From positions 14,218 to 78,217 of the IMG/VR virus record IMGVR_UViG_3300025941_000667: 64,000 nucleotides of DNA; one strand, given 5' to 3'. Every line of letters begins with the position of its first letter. The stretch's first letter is position 1. The position numbers were made by a program, and so were the translations under genes. This DNA is from a virus. Below are positions 9,001 to 14,397 of this stretch, in pieces. Under the pieces are notes generated by a model, which was given only the letters and a program-made list of their open reading frames with translations, was not told the origin of the DNA and did no database searches.

Positions 9001-10022
9001 TCTCCAGGTTGTGTTCCCATTGGCGGCAAAGGTTCCATACCCAGAGGCGAAGGAGGACCACCAAATGTTTTTTCATAGGCGCGTTCGAGCTGGGAAAGCA
9101 GAGGAATCCCCATTCCTTCAGGCGCTGATTTCTTTATTTCAGGAATCTGTCCAGGAATCCGCCACTGTGTATCAGGAGAAACAAGAGGAGGAGAAGTCAC
9201 AGGAGCAGGGGTGGCAGGCGGGAGACTCGCTCCTGTGACTGGGGGGACAACGGGAGGAGCTGTAGGTTGGGAAAGAACGGGGAGAGGCGCACCAAAGGCG
9301 CCAAGCAACGCGCCGGTCTCTCCAGTAGGTAACTGTTGAGGAAAGAGGTCGGGGGCCGGGGCAGGCGGCATAAACTCTTTCGGAACAACACCCCCAAAGG
9401 TTTTCGCGTAGCGATAGGGGGCTTCGGCTTGTTCTTGAGGAGATAACGCCGCAAACTCCGGCGACTTGATAATCTCGGAAAAAGGAGGAGGAGTGGTCGA
9501 GACCGGCGCGGACGGTGCAGACTGCCCCGCGCTGGTAATCCGCGCCAGATAATCGCGGGTTTCCGGAGGAATACCACGTTCCCAATCAAACTCACCATAC
9601 TTGTTAATTGCGGCCTTGACCGTACCAATCCCCGCATTGTAGGCAGCCAGCGCTTTGCGCTTTGACCCCAATTGGTCAATCAGCGACCGCATGTACTTTG
9701 CCTGCCCATACATACTCAGGTCAGGGTCGGAAGGGTCAACACCCTGTTCTAGCGCGGTCGCGGGGACGAACTGACTGACACCCTGCGCGCCCGCAGGCGA
9801 ACGAGCAGCATTCTTCCAGTTACTTTCTTGTTGAATTTGACGGGCAAAAACATCAGGGTCGAGTCCATAGTGTTCCGCAGCGCGAGCAGCAACAGACTTA
9901 CCAAAAGTATCGACATACCTCTGGGGGGCCTCTTTTTGTTGCTGGGGAGTGAGCGCCTGAAATTCAGGCGAGCGCATGATCTCTGCAAGAGATGGGGGAG
10001 CCAGTGGTGTCTGTTCAGCCAT
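1..10022 (-). CDS. Giant polyvalent (DarB/DdrB-like) ejected protein, >3,340 aa, 3' end outside window
   Basis: ATG at 10022, preceded by AAGGTG (MAEQTPLAPP...). I checked the frame by hand over 1-120, 4141-4800, 6541-7380 and 7441-7800 and found no stops. Its absence from the ORF track fits an ORF with no in-window stop. Motifs: SLT (QIQQESNW, GAQGVSQF, ALAAYNAG; ~9530-9900); DdrB-like ParB (VTSHD..NPDYPQELQPRNR..GAPIV..VESGNGRTMGL; ~5900-6560); SF2 helicase (GPGTGKT, DESH, LSATP, IQIEGRIYR; ~2400-4170); N6-MTase (DYFPTP, LEPSAGHG, NPPY; ~1750-2260); JAB/RadC (HNHPGGNPAPSGDD; ~720-770). Confidence 0.9.
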   Translation of the reverse strand, partial: MAEQTPLAPPSLAEIMRSPEFQALTPQQQKEAPQRYVDTFGKSVAARAAEHYGLDPDVFARQIQQESNWKNAARSPAGAQGVSQFVPATALEQGVDPSDPDLSMYGQAKYMRSLIDQLGSKRKALAAYNAGIGTVKAAINKYGEFDWERGIPPETRDYLARITSAGQSAPSAPVSTTPPPFSEIIKSPEFAALSPQEQAEAPYRYAKTFGGVVPKEFMPPAPAPDLFPQQLPTGETGALLGAFGAPLPVLSQPTAPPVVPPVTGASLPPATPAPVTSPPLVSPDTQWRIPGQIPEIKKSAPEGMGIPLLSQLERAYEKTFGGPPSPLGMEPLPPMGTQPGETPPPSEPNPGVGDILALSMIPALATHPMGIVGGMAAAKALTPLTEVAGTMTGGALGGPAGAARGKAIGEQAGQLGGFALGVKAVGEPLSASSILGRPLSLGEREYLGLKKDLGLPNDAPVDAVASNLRSTLKNIRKNAPANDPQNQALTRWTDGQELTPQDIAALGPEAQELYSKWLEVKNLTPQETSAIDKAYRKLRPAGPQPPTLPPPAKGAPLEQPAPQTEQAAPKTEQPPVQPEQAPSPAPKYGEGRIPPGMARLYESDFPNLAASLPKKYSLTTVTVNGKKIRYVDVPEDSPFLRDVNAAQSTSPVSTQSPPPIVAQPPQVKLAAPPAGSLEERALQYAQGLGRVPTISEIRKELGISIKQASPLRKMIEEVGIQPKAKQEAPVTPPVTPPTAPEPILSPATKEEAPTEAHPNLNKTIEPGNEYTLRPTDIHTIAQRHGIESDAEKNPAFGEWTKQLTGESHLDKMQPAQLRTVAEALARGKKPPIQVPTAPEKPIAPLETEAPKFESPKVDEPPKVVEAGPAPQEAPAPTPEQQTEEPAPSQEQLPHQTALSSAKEESSLPQSTKKITEGETQLPSNAPEGPSLLPQGAGSLNFPVHPVLPQPIHGNVAPFQGMRDSTLTDADRLREFSNSPAFREHGLGGFDIPSQRMMMSVVIRALHDPQIFNSVVQSVPVNVMNVLRGIKSSSQVSLHDQAVLGDPLVFDPKNSISLRSDIADTTIRKMAGQTTESMVPSPSDLGRPPQKLSPTEKTDTSDQGHVAPPTSNVSGAPSSELGAPLTIPQSSSQSQEPPPQETPSGFLMGHPHPVTTEAGTKFDTRLAVAEAPDLVTSHDDNYRANPDYPQELQPRNRDQQSLRLQVEEIGNKPDTARLGDTPTPSPGAPIVGPDKTVESGNGRTMGLRKAYARGTAGDYKQWLVDNAPRWGLDPQAIQNMKAPVLVRVRQTEVPNRVKFAQEANNPGVAGMSPKEIAFMDAKNMSPELVRQFVPAEDGNLNSAQNAGFINQFFTDLVPKNEWPNYYMEDGSGLNTTGIQRVRNAIIAKAYGNPEMVTRIGEDPDANVKAIMNALVVTAPRFVKLQERIDAGARYPLNIASDLATAANTLSSLRAKGINVNNYLNNPQGALFGAPKATPFEKDVLDTLEKYARSGKKLGSLITRYLDAVETTGDPRQHELFGPKGPTPSKADLWSAALTYEGETGGGQTSLFSDEPASTTEGTPGAVPTAPEPTPPSSPSTQGEPPSPETGPEGEVPEPTTPGESPAEEPPAPVAAPASSRAAVTDLSDDDFENALQEAQPPAPPATPRPPRASRPQGASVPPRAPRAPRTPKVQATPEEQARQSLVNKGIDPTPARVARELQLLQEFGSLKEENAPYGAPAPPPVPDEARYERVKPLLLETLDDFAQMGRPLTDFFRDAITTYGQNAVPYLRRLRHDLQQEKQNVPHRGPSPEPDRPNGPPETPGAPSPVLNEPGGTQPNITGTGQGATGTGPLVAGDRGVPDTSPAAGGTSGNQRVYTPDGQLDLEKSATGDNEPSGSSGGGEAGSPTDEQRTADIVDDVQELGTATEGERLARQQDFNALPDADKRPTFGDARDIARTVPYLLPEQQNDVLKAEQRFFDADGKVKEHGMLFTNGPGTGKTFTGLGIAYRQFLAGKKNILVLAPTQELVETWATRAALVGLPLRPLTSTTENGGSGPVVTTYANMHQNISLVAPRTWDLIILDESHSMSSEKTGAVNETLRMFRALTGHHVAFLDWARTAYPREYERYDRVAQAMRHVSQDATDQEIMAMEREIQEAGDAVHAIEKRERPLYQKRWQEGDRPLVTFLSATPFAWAPNVDAAEGFLFHYVPPSRIFQEGLRGGSGYNAPDKQQAFMIQHFGYRMRTGKLTQPTADVNSEIMEQNFNQWLQDQGALVGRQLDVPFDYDRRFVLTPSAIGQDIDRGLDILRNGSGGVFDPLYRVAEQNFDFHKRQFLLEAIKAKEAIPQIQAHLDLGRKVVVFHDFNKGGGFHPFKFEKKDYVNEAQTIPVKQSNGTYKTETWYTHDLIDKFNREHTDLANLDFSDLEAPIDTLKKAFPEAVFFNGTVPKKKRSQAIDQFNSEQPGADPHRIIVVQSDAGREGISLHDTTGKYQRVNINLGMPSRPVATIQIEGRIYRIGQASNAIQRYMTTGTSWETRAFATSIAQRASTAENLGMGVLARGLRQSFIDAYGGAEHFTPYEGEGTGGKEYDKSVAAQQTLTGFAKAKTYYWAQQKLNARRDQRAGQDYFPTPEPIGFKMVEFADIRKGNHVLEPSAGHGAIGRFIPEDTTTKLIEPSAELANRARLANNKATVIEDTFENHHVSNKYQAILMNPPYGSGGKTAFEHLIKAAGHLAEGGRIVAILPRGGMADRRWEQFQELDSKEPGGNVYPIATINLPSVTFERAGTGVNTRLVVLQKASTPEAVRQIPDGPHLDLSDAKTINELFDRIEHINMPSRQENLADQLTSRGATLPPQGEPAGPKPLTTQTEHLDTRINKTVQKVNIRPTLSSDQYAKVAGFAKANSGGWSRFAKGFLFPTAEKAMAFRVATENHLKIEGVSEPTAEYGPDQVQSSYEQIALFPEPKTRADAKVHAEQLTQQLIPSAEDLSTAGGTLGRDRGTPDVITTAQAIRTDLEEKGFITLHGQELRTAQDLATIARVYRNKQYETFHIVYAQEGKVVDHEAFTSRLPGTVQVIPKGQESAFIQNIKDRILKIEDNGNGNVKWWLSHNHPGGNPAPSGDDRRFSSVVPALLDREGGGGRYAGHVIINFDTYAYIDPKGKSTHYALDRSVTGTEDPLEPNQAPIPHEVLGKMVLGSGSVALVGKELQAPTGWVAIVYRDATGRVRAAQSIHEQTFLDTEKAKAHLKAGLLRFGAAEAFAYVEQPSVATGTDKMYAAATKLIRSGALMDYVTPEISFNPSQQVKRADIFADENGEIPTFRVAAPKASYLPGMAPPVPPSPSKLGRWLTFKKHSARDGRNLRDI
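4214..4675 (-). CDS. Nested same-strand alternative-frame gene, 153 aa, unknown function
   Basis: AGGAG (4687-4683) lies 7 nt before ATG 4675. The product (MYHIAAPVLNRIARTVHL...) looks helical and protein-like, while the giant frame over the same bases is a G/T/P/S linker. Confidence 0.6.
   Translation of the reverse strand: MYHIAAPVLNRIARTVHLKHPALHRLFSMNQEELNQTLQEQAKALRAQGLSSPVIVAYQTLAPLLAEHQAISEYIHQTANLTLRNPLPEITSPAEAVAAAKRDHPLTNSEQQTLLTMFKNLVQPQKESVLPDNRTSTPSPMLTNAPPSETPET
6621..6650 (+). promoter_or_regulatory. sigma70-type promoter for the nested HNH gene
   Basis: TTGACT (6621-6626), 18 nt spacer, TATAGT (6645-6650), with extended -10 TG at 6642-6643. Confidence 0.7.
6655..6683. promoter_or_regulatory. 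Hairpin at predicted 5' end of HNH transcript
   Basis: GGTGCTCC-C-AGTTC-T-GAACT-A-GGAGCACC inverted repeat; RBS AGGAGGAG follows at 6699-6706. Confidence 0.65.
6711..7304 (+). CDS. HNH homing-type endonuclease with N-terminal Zn ribbon and C-terminal HTH motifs, nested antisense in the giant gene
   Basis: CxxC...FCxxxC; EHRLVMERHLGR...DIHHIDGNGLNNAIENL...DHNAHH (HNH_3-like); two HTH-like segments (TVRELAQTIGVSESAI, TFRRIARELGFSLSYL); strong RBS. Confidence 0.9.
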   Translation: MPLITCVCFFCGTQFLRRPSQITRGRDHTFCGLPCHFAYRRVGNITAKGYRVFRIKDKRISEHRLVMERHLGRRLDPTEDIHHIDGNGLNNAIENLRVMQRSDHNAHHHPLTWDIEAAKAMLTKGRTVRELAQTIGVSESAIAHALKRRNISVNRLRKDGMNRKIEAARALREQGWTFRRIARELGFSLSYLFRALR

Positions 10023-10030
10023 GACTCACC

Positions 10031-11689
10031 TTAGCGATACATCTGCTGCAAGGCGCCCGGTATCGTGTTGACAGGAGCAGCAGCAGGAGCAGCGTTCGGC
10101 GTTGGGGGACGTCCTGTCTTGATAGTACCCCACGCTTGTTGCCATTCCGCCTTATTGCGTTGGAGAATTTGCCGCTGCGCGCTAATGACATCCGAGAGTT
10201 TTTGACCAAATGGGACCAACTTCGGGTCCATGAGCCGCACACCAGCCTTATCAATTGCTTGCTTCACTGTTGGATCTTGGAGAAGTTGGTCCCATTTGTT
10301 ACTCGGGTCCATTGCCGTACTGACATACTGTGGCGGAAGCACGGCAGCAAGTTTTTGTAAGGTTTGCGATCCCTTATTGATATCTTGCTGAATCCCTCCG
10401 GTAGACTGAGAAGCAGCAACGAGATTCGCACCACTGGCGTGACGAGATGCGCGAAAATCTAATGTCTCTGCCGGATTCATGGCAGGAAGGGGAGGATTGA
10501 GATTTTCGCGGCGCCGATTTTCTAGTATGACATCTTGCGCGAGCTCTGATTGCTTCCCCTCTAGTGAGGCTTGCTTTTGGGCATCATTCATCATGTCCCA
10601 TTTCTGCTGAGAGACCGAAGGGGGTTTCTGATGTTTCGGCTTAAAAGTACGACTTGCTTTCAGTGTTCCTTTATCCCCCACTCCTAATGTTAAAGAACTT
10701 TCCATATCACCCGCAGCGCCGGCACCTCCCCCAACTCCTCCTTGTAGGATAGCTGCGGTAGTAGCCGCTTGTCGCTTCAGTGCTTCTTGATCAGCAAGCA
10801 TCTTTGCCACGCCTCCTACTCCAGCTTGTGTCGCAGGCAACCCACCATAAATTTGCATCGCATCGGACGGCGTTGACATGGGAATGGTAGGAGGAGGTTT
10901 CACTCCAGCTCCTTCAGGTAAGGAGCCACTCGTAGGAGTCCACGTTGTGCTTGATGGTACGTCCGCATGCGGTTGAAAAATCTTCGGGAACTTGTCTGCC
11001 AAAGTGCCTTGTTTATAGATCGGCATGCCGCCAAAGTTCCCAATGGGAGGAGCCCCAGGAGTCGGCGGGGTAATCGTGTACTGCCCGCTCTGTATCATGG
11101 CTTGCGCAAGGGCTTGCCGTTGTACTCGCTCTTGTTCATCGCGGCCACCCAGCATATTGCCAAGATTCCCCGCAATCAGCGGCCCGGTCAGGTTTCCCCA
11201 GCCCATGCGCGTGCGTTTCCCAAAGATGGCCGGTCCCAGTGCACGGAGCGCCACGGCAATAGCCAAGTTACGCATATCATGGTTACCGCCGCCACTCGTA
11301 TCAAGAAAAGGGGGCGTACCTGAAGTCGGGAGTGGCGGAGCTGAAGAACGCCCGAGTACGGTATCTAAGATTGACCCCAATACTCCACCACTAGCCCCTC
11401 CCCCTGCGCCTGGAAGAGGCGCGGGCGCATCAAAGACACCTGGACCACTCCTATTAGGAAGGGGAGCGGGGGCATCGAAAACAGAGCCTGGCCCCATTGC
11501 TGTTCGTCCATCTGGTAGTGTGTGGGTAGGTCCTTCGACAATCATCCCAGGATCAACAATGGTCGGAGGCGGCTGGGCAACAATTGGCGGCATTCTTCCA
11601 GAAACCATATCAGGCAGTGAGACTCCACCACTATTAAAAAGGTTGCGAAACGATTGACCAGCATAATCCGTAGGAGTAAGACTTGGCAT
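10031..11689 (-). CDS. Putative internal virion/ejection protein (552 aa)
   Basis: G/P/A/Q-rich; lies between the nozzle and the giant SLT-containing gene, the usual position of podovirus ejection proteins. Confidence 0.55.
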   Translation of the reverse strand: MPSLTPTDYAGQSFRNLFNSGGVSLPDMVSGRMPPIVAQPPPTIVDPGMIVEGPTHTLPDGRTAMGPGSVFDAPAPLPNRSGPGVFDAPAPLPGAGGGASGGVLGSILDTVLGRSSAPPLPTSGTPPFLDTSGGGNHDMRNLAIAVALRALGPAIFGKRTRMGWGNLTGPLIAGNLGNMLGGRDEQERVQRQALAQAMIQSGQYTITPPTPGAPPIGNFGGMPIYKQGTLADKFPKIFQPHADVPSSTTWTPTSGSLPEGAGVKPPPTIPMSTPSDAMQIYGGLPATQAGVGGVAKMLADQEALKRQAATTAAILQGGVGGGAGAAGDMESSLTLGVGDKGTLKASRTFKPKHQKPPSVSQQKWDMMNDAQKQASLEGKQSELAQDVILENRRRENLNPPLPAMNPAETLDFRASRHASGANLVAASQSTGGIQQDINKGSQTLQKLAAVLPPQYVSTAMDPSNKWDQLLQDPTVKQAIDKAGVRLMDPKLVPFGQKLSDVISAQRQILQRNKAEWQQAWGTIKTGRPPTPNAAPAAAPVNTIPGALQQMYR

Positions 11690-12498
11690 TAGAAGAGACT
11701 CCCACTGTTTTGTGAGGCATTAAAGGACTTCTGGAATTCACGAATCGCCGCAGGACCAAGAATGGATTGCAATACAGACATGAGGGTATTCGAGCCACGT
11801 TCCGTAGCGCCACTGACTAACGGTCCTTCATACTGGTGAATTGCATTCGCCCCTGCTTGAATCCCTGACTGCGCGGCGTTACTGAGCCCCTCTTGTAGGT
11901 TTCCACCCTGCATTGTGTCGCGCACTTGACCCTGCGCATTCTTCACGCCGGATTGAATCTGCGCAAGTTCCGGCGCAGCGAGTATCCGTGCGGCATCCGG
12001 CAATTGACCGCTGAGCGCCATCTTGTAGAGATTGGCCGTCATGGACTGCAGCGGTCCAAAATCTTGCCAGTAATTGTTACCGAGATTCCCGGAGTAGTTC
12101 ACCATGTCGCCAAGACTCAGATAATCGCCGGGATGAATCTTCGAGAGATCGTTAATCCCGCCCCCTCCCTGCACTGAGGAATCCGAGTATGGGGAAAACT
12201 GTCCTGCGCCTGCGGTCGGAGCACCGAAAGCTAAGCCCGGTCCAGCAGCGCCCCCAGAAGGCAGAGGGGGAGGCGTATAGCTTGGAGCAGCAGTGGGGGC
12301 AGGAGACGACCCTGCGGCGCCGTAGCCGCTCATATTCGGTGACGAAGGAGGCTTCGGCGTTTTCGGCGTAGACGGAGCGGCAGACATGGATGTTGGAAAC
12401 GGTGTCGTTGGAGCCACAGCGTCATTGCCGTATCCCATACCTGGCTGGACCTTCTTCATCGAGGAAGCAAAAAAGTTAGTATTCGCTTTGCGTGCCAT
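11689..12498 (-). CDS. Putative ejection protein (269 aa)
   Basis: G/A/Q/S-rich; TAATG-coupled to the next gene; position. Confidence 0.5.
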   Translation of the reverse strand: MARKANTNFFASSMKKVQPGMGYGNDAVAPTTPFPTSMSAAPSTPKTPKPPSSPNMSGYGAAGSSPAPTAAPSYTPPPLPSGGAAGPGLAFGAPTAGAGQFSPYSDSSVQGGGGINDLSKIHPGDYLSLGDMVNYSGNLGNNYWQDFGPLQSMTANLYKMALSGQLPDAARILAAPELAQIQSGVKNAQGQVRDTMQGGNLQEGLSNAAQSGIQAGANAIHQYEGPLVSGATERGSNTLMSVLQSILGPAAIREFQKSFNASQNSGSLF

Positions 12499-12502
12499 AG
12501 TG

Positions 12503-13657
12503 TTACCTTATTTGACTAAGAGCATGAAGCAGGGCAGCGATGTTGACCCCGTGCGGCACTGGAAAGAATGCAGGGACTTGTGAGGCTTGGGGGACAGTAG
12601 ATGTATTCCCAGTCTTATCTTCATAGAGTACCTTCCCAGTCTGAGGATTCACAAGGGTATTCCCGCGCCACATACCTGCCTGATTCCCTTCGCGTGCAAA
12701 GCGCTGATACAGATCGGAAAACATTTTGGCTTGGTCATCATGAAGCGCAAGCGACGCTGCGGTAGCTTGATCTGGAGTCTGAAAAATCCCGAGATGCTTC
12801 CCGGTCTGTCGGTAGTTGCGCCGGGCTTCTCCGAGTGCAGTATAGTTGGGTTCTATCAACGCCTGACTAACGCCTGGGACATCAGACGAGGACGGTTGCC
12901 ATTTTTCAATCTCACTCGGTTCATACAACATGCGCGCATCTTCACTGACGGTAGGGACAAGGGCTTCCCCTTCTGGGGTGCCGAATGACATCGAATGCAC
13001 AGTGCTAATGGAACCGTCAGGATGCTTCACAAACGGACGGTGTAACACATCAATGTTGCCAGGCGTCAATAAACCAGGAGGGAACGGGCTTCCTGGGGGT
13101 GGAGAAAGTGGTGAACTTCCTACAGGGGCAGGCATCAGCCCTGCTGTTGCATCTTCTGGCCATCCGAGTTTCATGGCCGCTTGCACTTCAGACGGAAAAT
13201 CATTGTGGGAATAAGGTCCTTCATCAAAGGCAATGTCTCCCTTTTTATACGTCCCTACCGGGCTATCCTGTTGCGCGAGTAAACGAAAAGGTTGCGTCTT
13301 TGTCCACCCTGGCGCGGTAGGAGACGCATACTGTGAATCTTTTGAGAAACTGTGATGATACGGAGTTTTCCACACGTCTGAAAAATGCAGTTGTTTATCG
13401 TTAAGATTTTCTTTTGTTACAGCCCGCGGATCACCCGCCTGTGCTGCTTGCCACCATCCCCGGTAATCGTAATCAGATGTCGGACTTAAATCAGGTTGAA
13501 ACTCTATCTTGTTACCAAATCGTGACTGGGCAGCCTTCATAAAAATCTGCTCTAACTGAGGAGGAAGAGTTGTTTGAAACGTCGTAGCGGTAGGGTCTTT
13601 TACCCATTGATTTGCCAGCGCCCGCTGCAGCAATCCTTGAGGATCAGGTTGGGGCAT
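12503..13657 (-). CDS. Putative ejected protein with two globular modules (384 aa)
   Basis: Two modules, DYDYRGWW..HFSDVWKTPYHHSFSKDSQYA and GNIDVLHRPFVKHPDGSISTVHSMSF..LVPTVS..TGKHLGIF, which I recognise as recurring in phage virion proteins. Confidence 0.5.
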   Translation of the reverse strand: MPQPDPQGLLQRALANQWVKDPTATTFQTTLPPQLEQIFMKAAQSRFGNKIEFQPDLSPTSDYDYRGWWQAAQAGDPRAVTKENLNDKQLHFSDVWKTPYHHSFSKDSQYASPTAPGWTKTQPFRLLAQQDSPVGTYKKGDIAFDEGPYSHNDFPSEVQAAMKLGWPEDATAGLMPAPVGSSPLSPPPGSPFPPGLLTPGNIDVLHRPFVKHPDGSISTVHSMSFGTPEGEALVPTVSEDARMLYEPSEIEKWQPSSSDVPGVSQALIEPNYTALGEARRNYRQTGKHLGIFQTPDQATAASLALHDDQAKMFSDLYQRFAREGNQAGMWRGNTLVNPQTGKVLYEDKTGNTSTVPQASQVPAFFPVPHGVNIAALLHALSQIR

Positions 13658-14160
13658 TAGTACCCCCCACCCATACCGTTACTCGTATGCTGTTTCAGAA
13701 TCTTCTGAAGTTGCGAGGCGTATTGATCATCAGGACTGCCACCTCCAAAGTTCACAGCTGGAGCCGCACCGGCGCCTCCTGCTCCTGCTGAAGCCGGCGC
13801 TGCTGTTGGTTGTGGAGGCGCTACCGACGGTGCGGTCAATTGTTTTGCTTTGCCTGCCACGTCGAGAGCTTGGCCGCCTGTTTTGAGGATGTCTCCCAAA
13901 TTAAACCCACCGGCTTCAGGAGCCGCAGCTCCAGCACCTCCTGCCAAATCAGGTAATCCAACCGCATTCAATAACTCTGGGCTCGCGCTCGCAATGCCAG
14001 TTCCTGCCGTGGCAGCAGGTAGTGCAGCCATAGGAGCAGCGGCGCCACCTAAGCCACCAAGCAGAGAAGAGAGAATGCCACCGCCTCCAGCAGCCCCAGC
14101 GCCACCAATACCGAGGGCGCTCATAATCTGCGGTAGAAAGGCCGCTAACATTTCAATCAT
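13657..14160 (-). CDS. Gly/Ala-rich putative ejection protein (167 aa)
   Basis: Hydrophobic G/A-rich N-terminus typical of DNA-transfer proteins; coupled overlaps. Confidence 0.5.
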   Translation of the reverse strand: MIEMLAAFLPQIMSALGIGGAGAAGGGGILSSLLGGLGGAAAPMAALPAATAGTGIASASPELLNAVGLPDLAGGAGAAAPEAGGFNLGDILKTGGQALDVAGKAKQLTAPSVAPPQPTAAPASAGAGGAGAAPAVNFGGGSPDDQYASQLQKILKQHTSNGMGGGY

Positions 14161-14348
14161 GAGGTGGTTCCTTTCATCTGTTCTTGCAACGCGGCAAGTT
14201 GCGCCTTGGTGTCTTGGAGGTCTTGCCAGATTTTCGTGAATGTTCGCTTTACTTCCCGGTCATAGGCAGCAAGATGCTCATGCGGTTGCATACCAGGGAG
14301 TGGTGCGGCAAATACGGGAAGAATGTGCGTGACTGACTGATCGGCCAT
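14157..14348 (-). CDS. Small coiled-coil virion-module protein (63 aa)
   Basis: GAGGTG RBS; ATGA overlap with the next gene. Confidence 0.55.
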   Translation of the reverse strand: MADQSVTHILPVFAAPLPGMQPHEHLAAYDREVKRTFTKIWQDLQDTKAQLAALQEQMKGTTS

Positions 14349-14397
14349 AGGTCACCTCTCTCCCCACGTATTGGAACACAATACGAAAAAAAAAGAA

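Noticed and set aside
8159-9679. Shifted-frame minus ORFs 8159-8431, 9172-9585, 9197-9679 (and 1028-1255, 4823-5140) as nested genes
   Set aside because: R/L/P/S-biased translations expected from frame-shifted Pro-rich linkers; no convincing RBS.
14367-14394. Hairpin CGTATTG-N5-CAATACG with adjacent A9 as an intrinsic terminator
   Set aside because: The U-tract precedes the hairpin on the coding strand and A's follow it on the other, so neither orientation fits a terminator. Function unclear.
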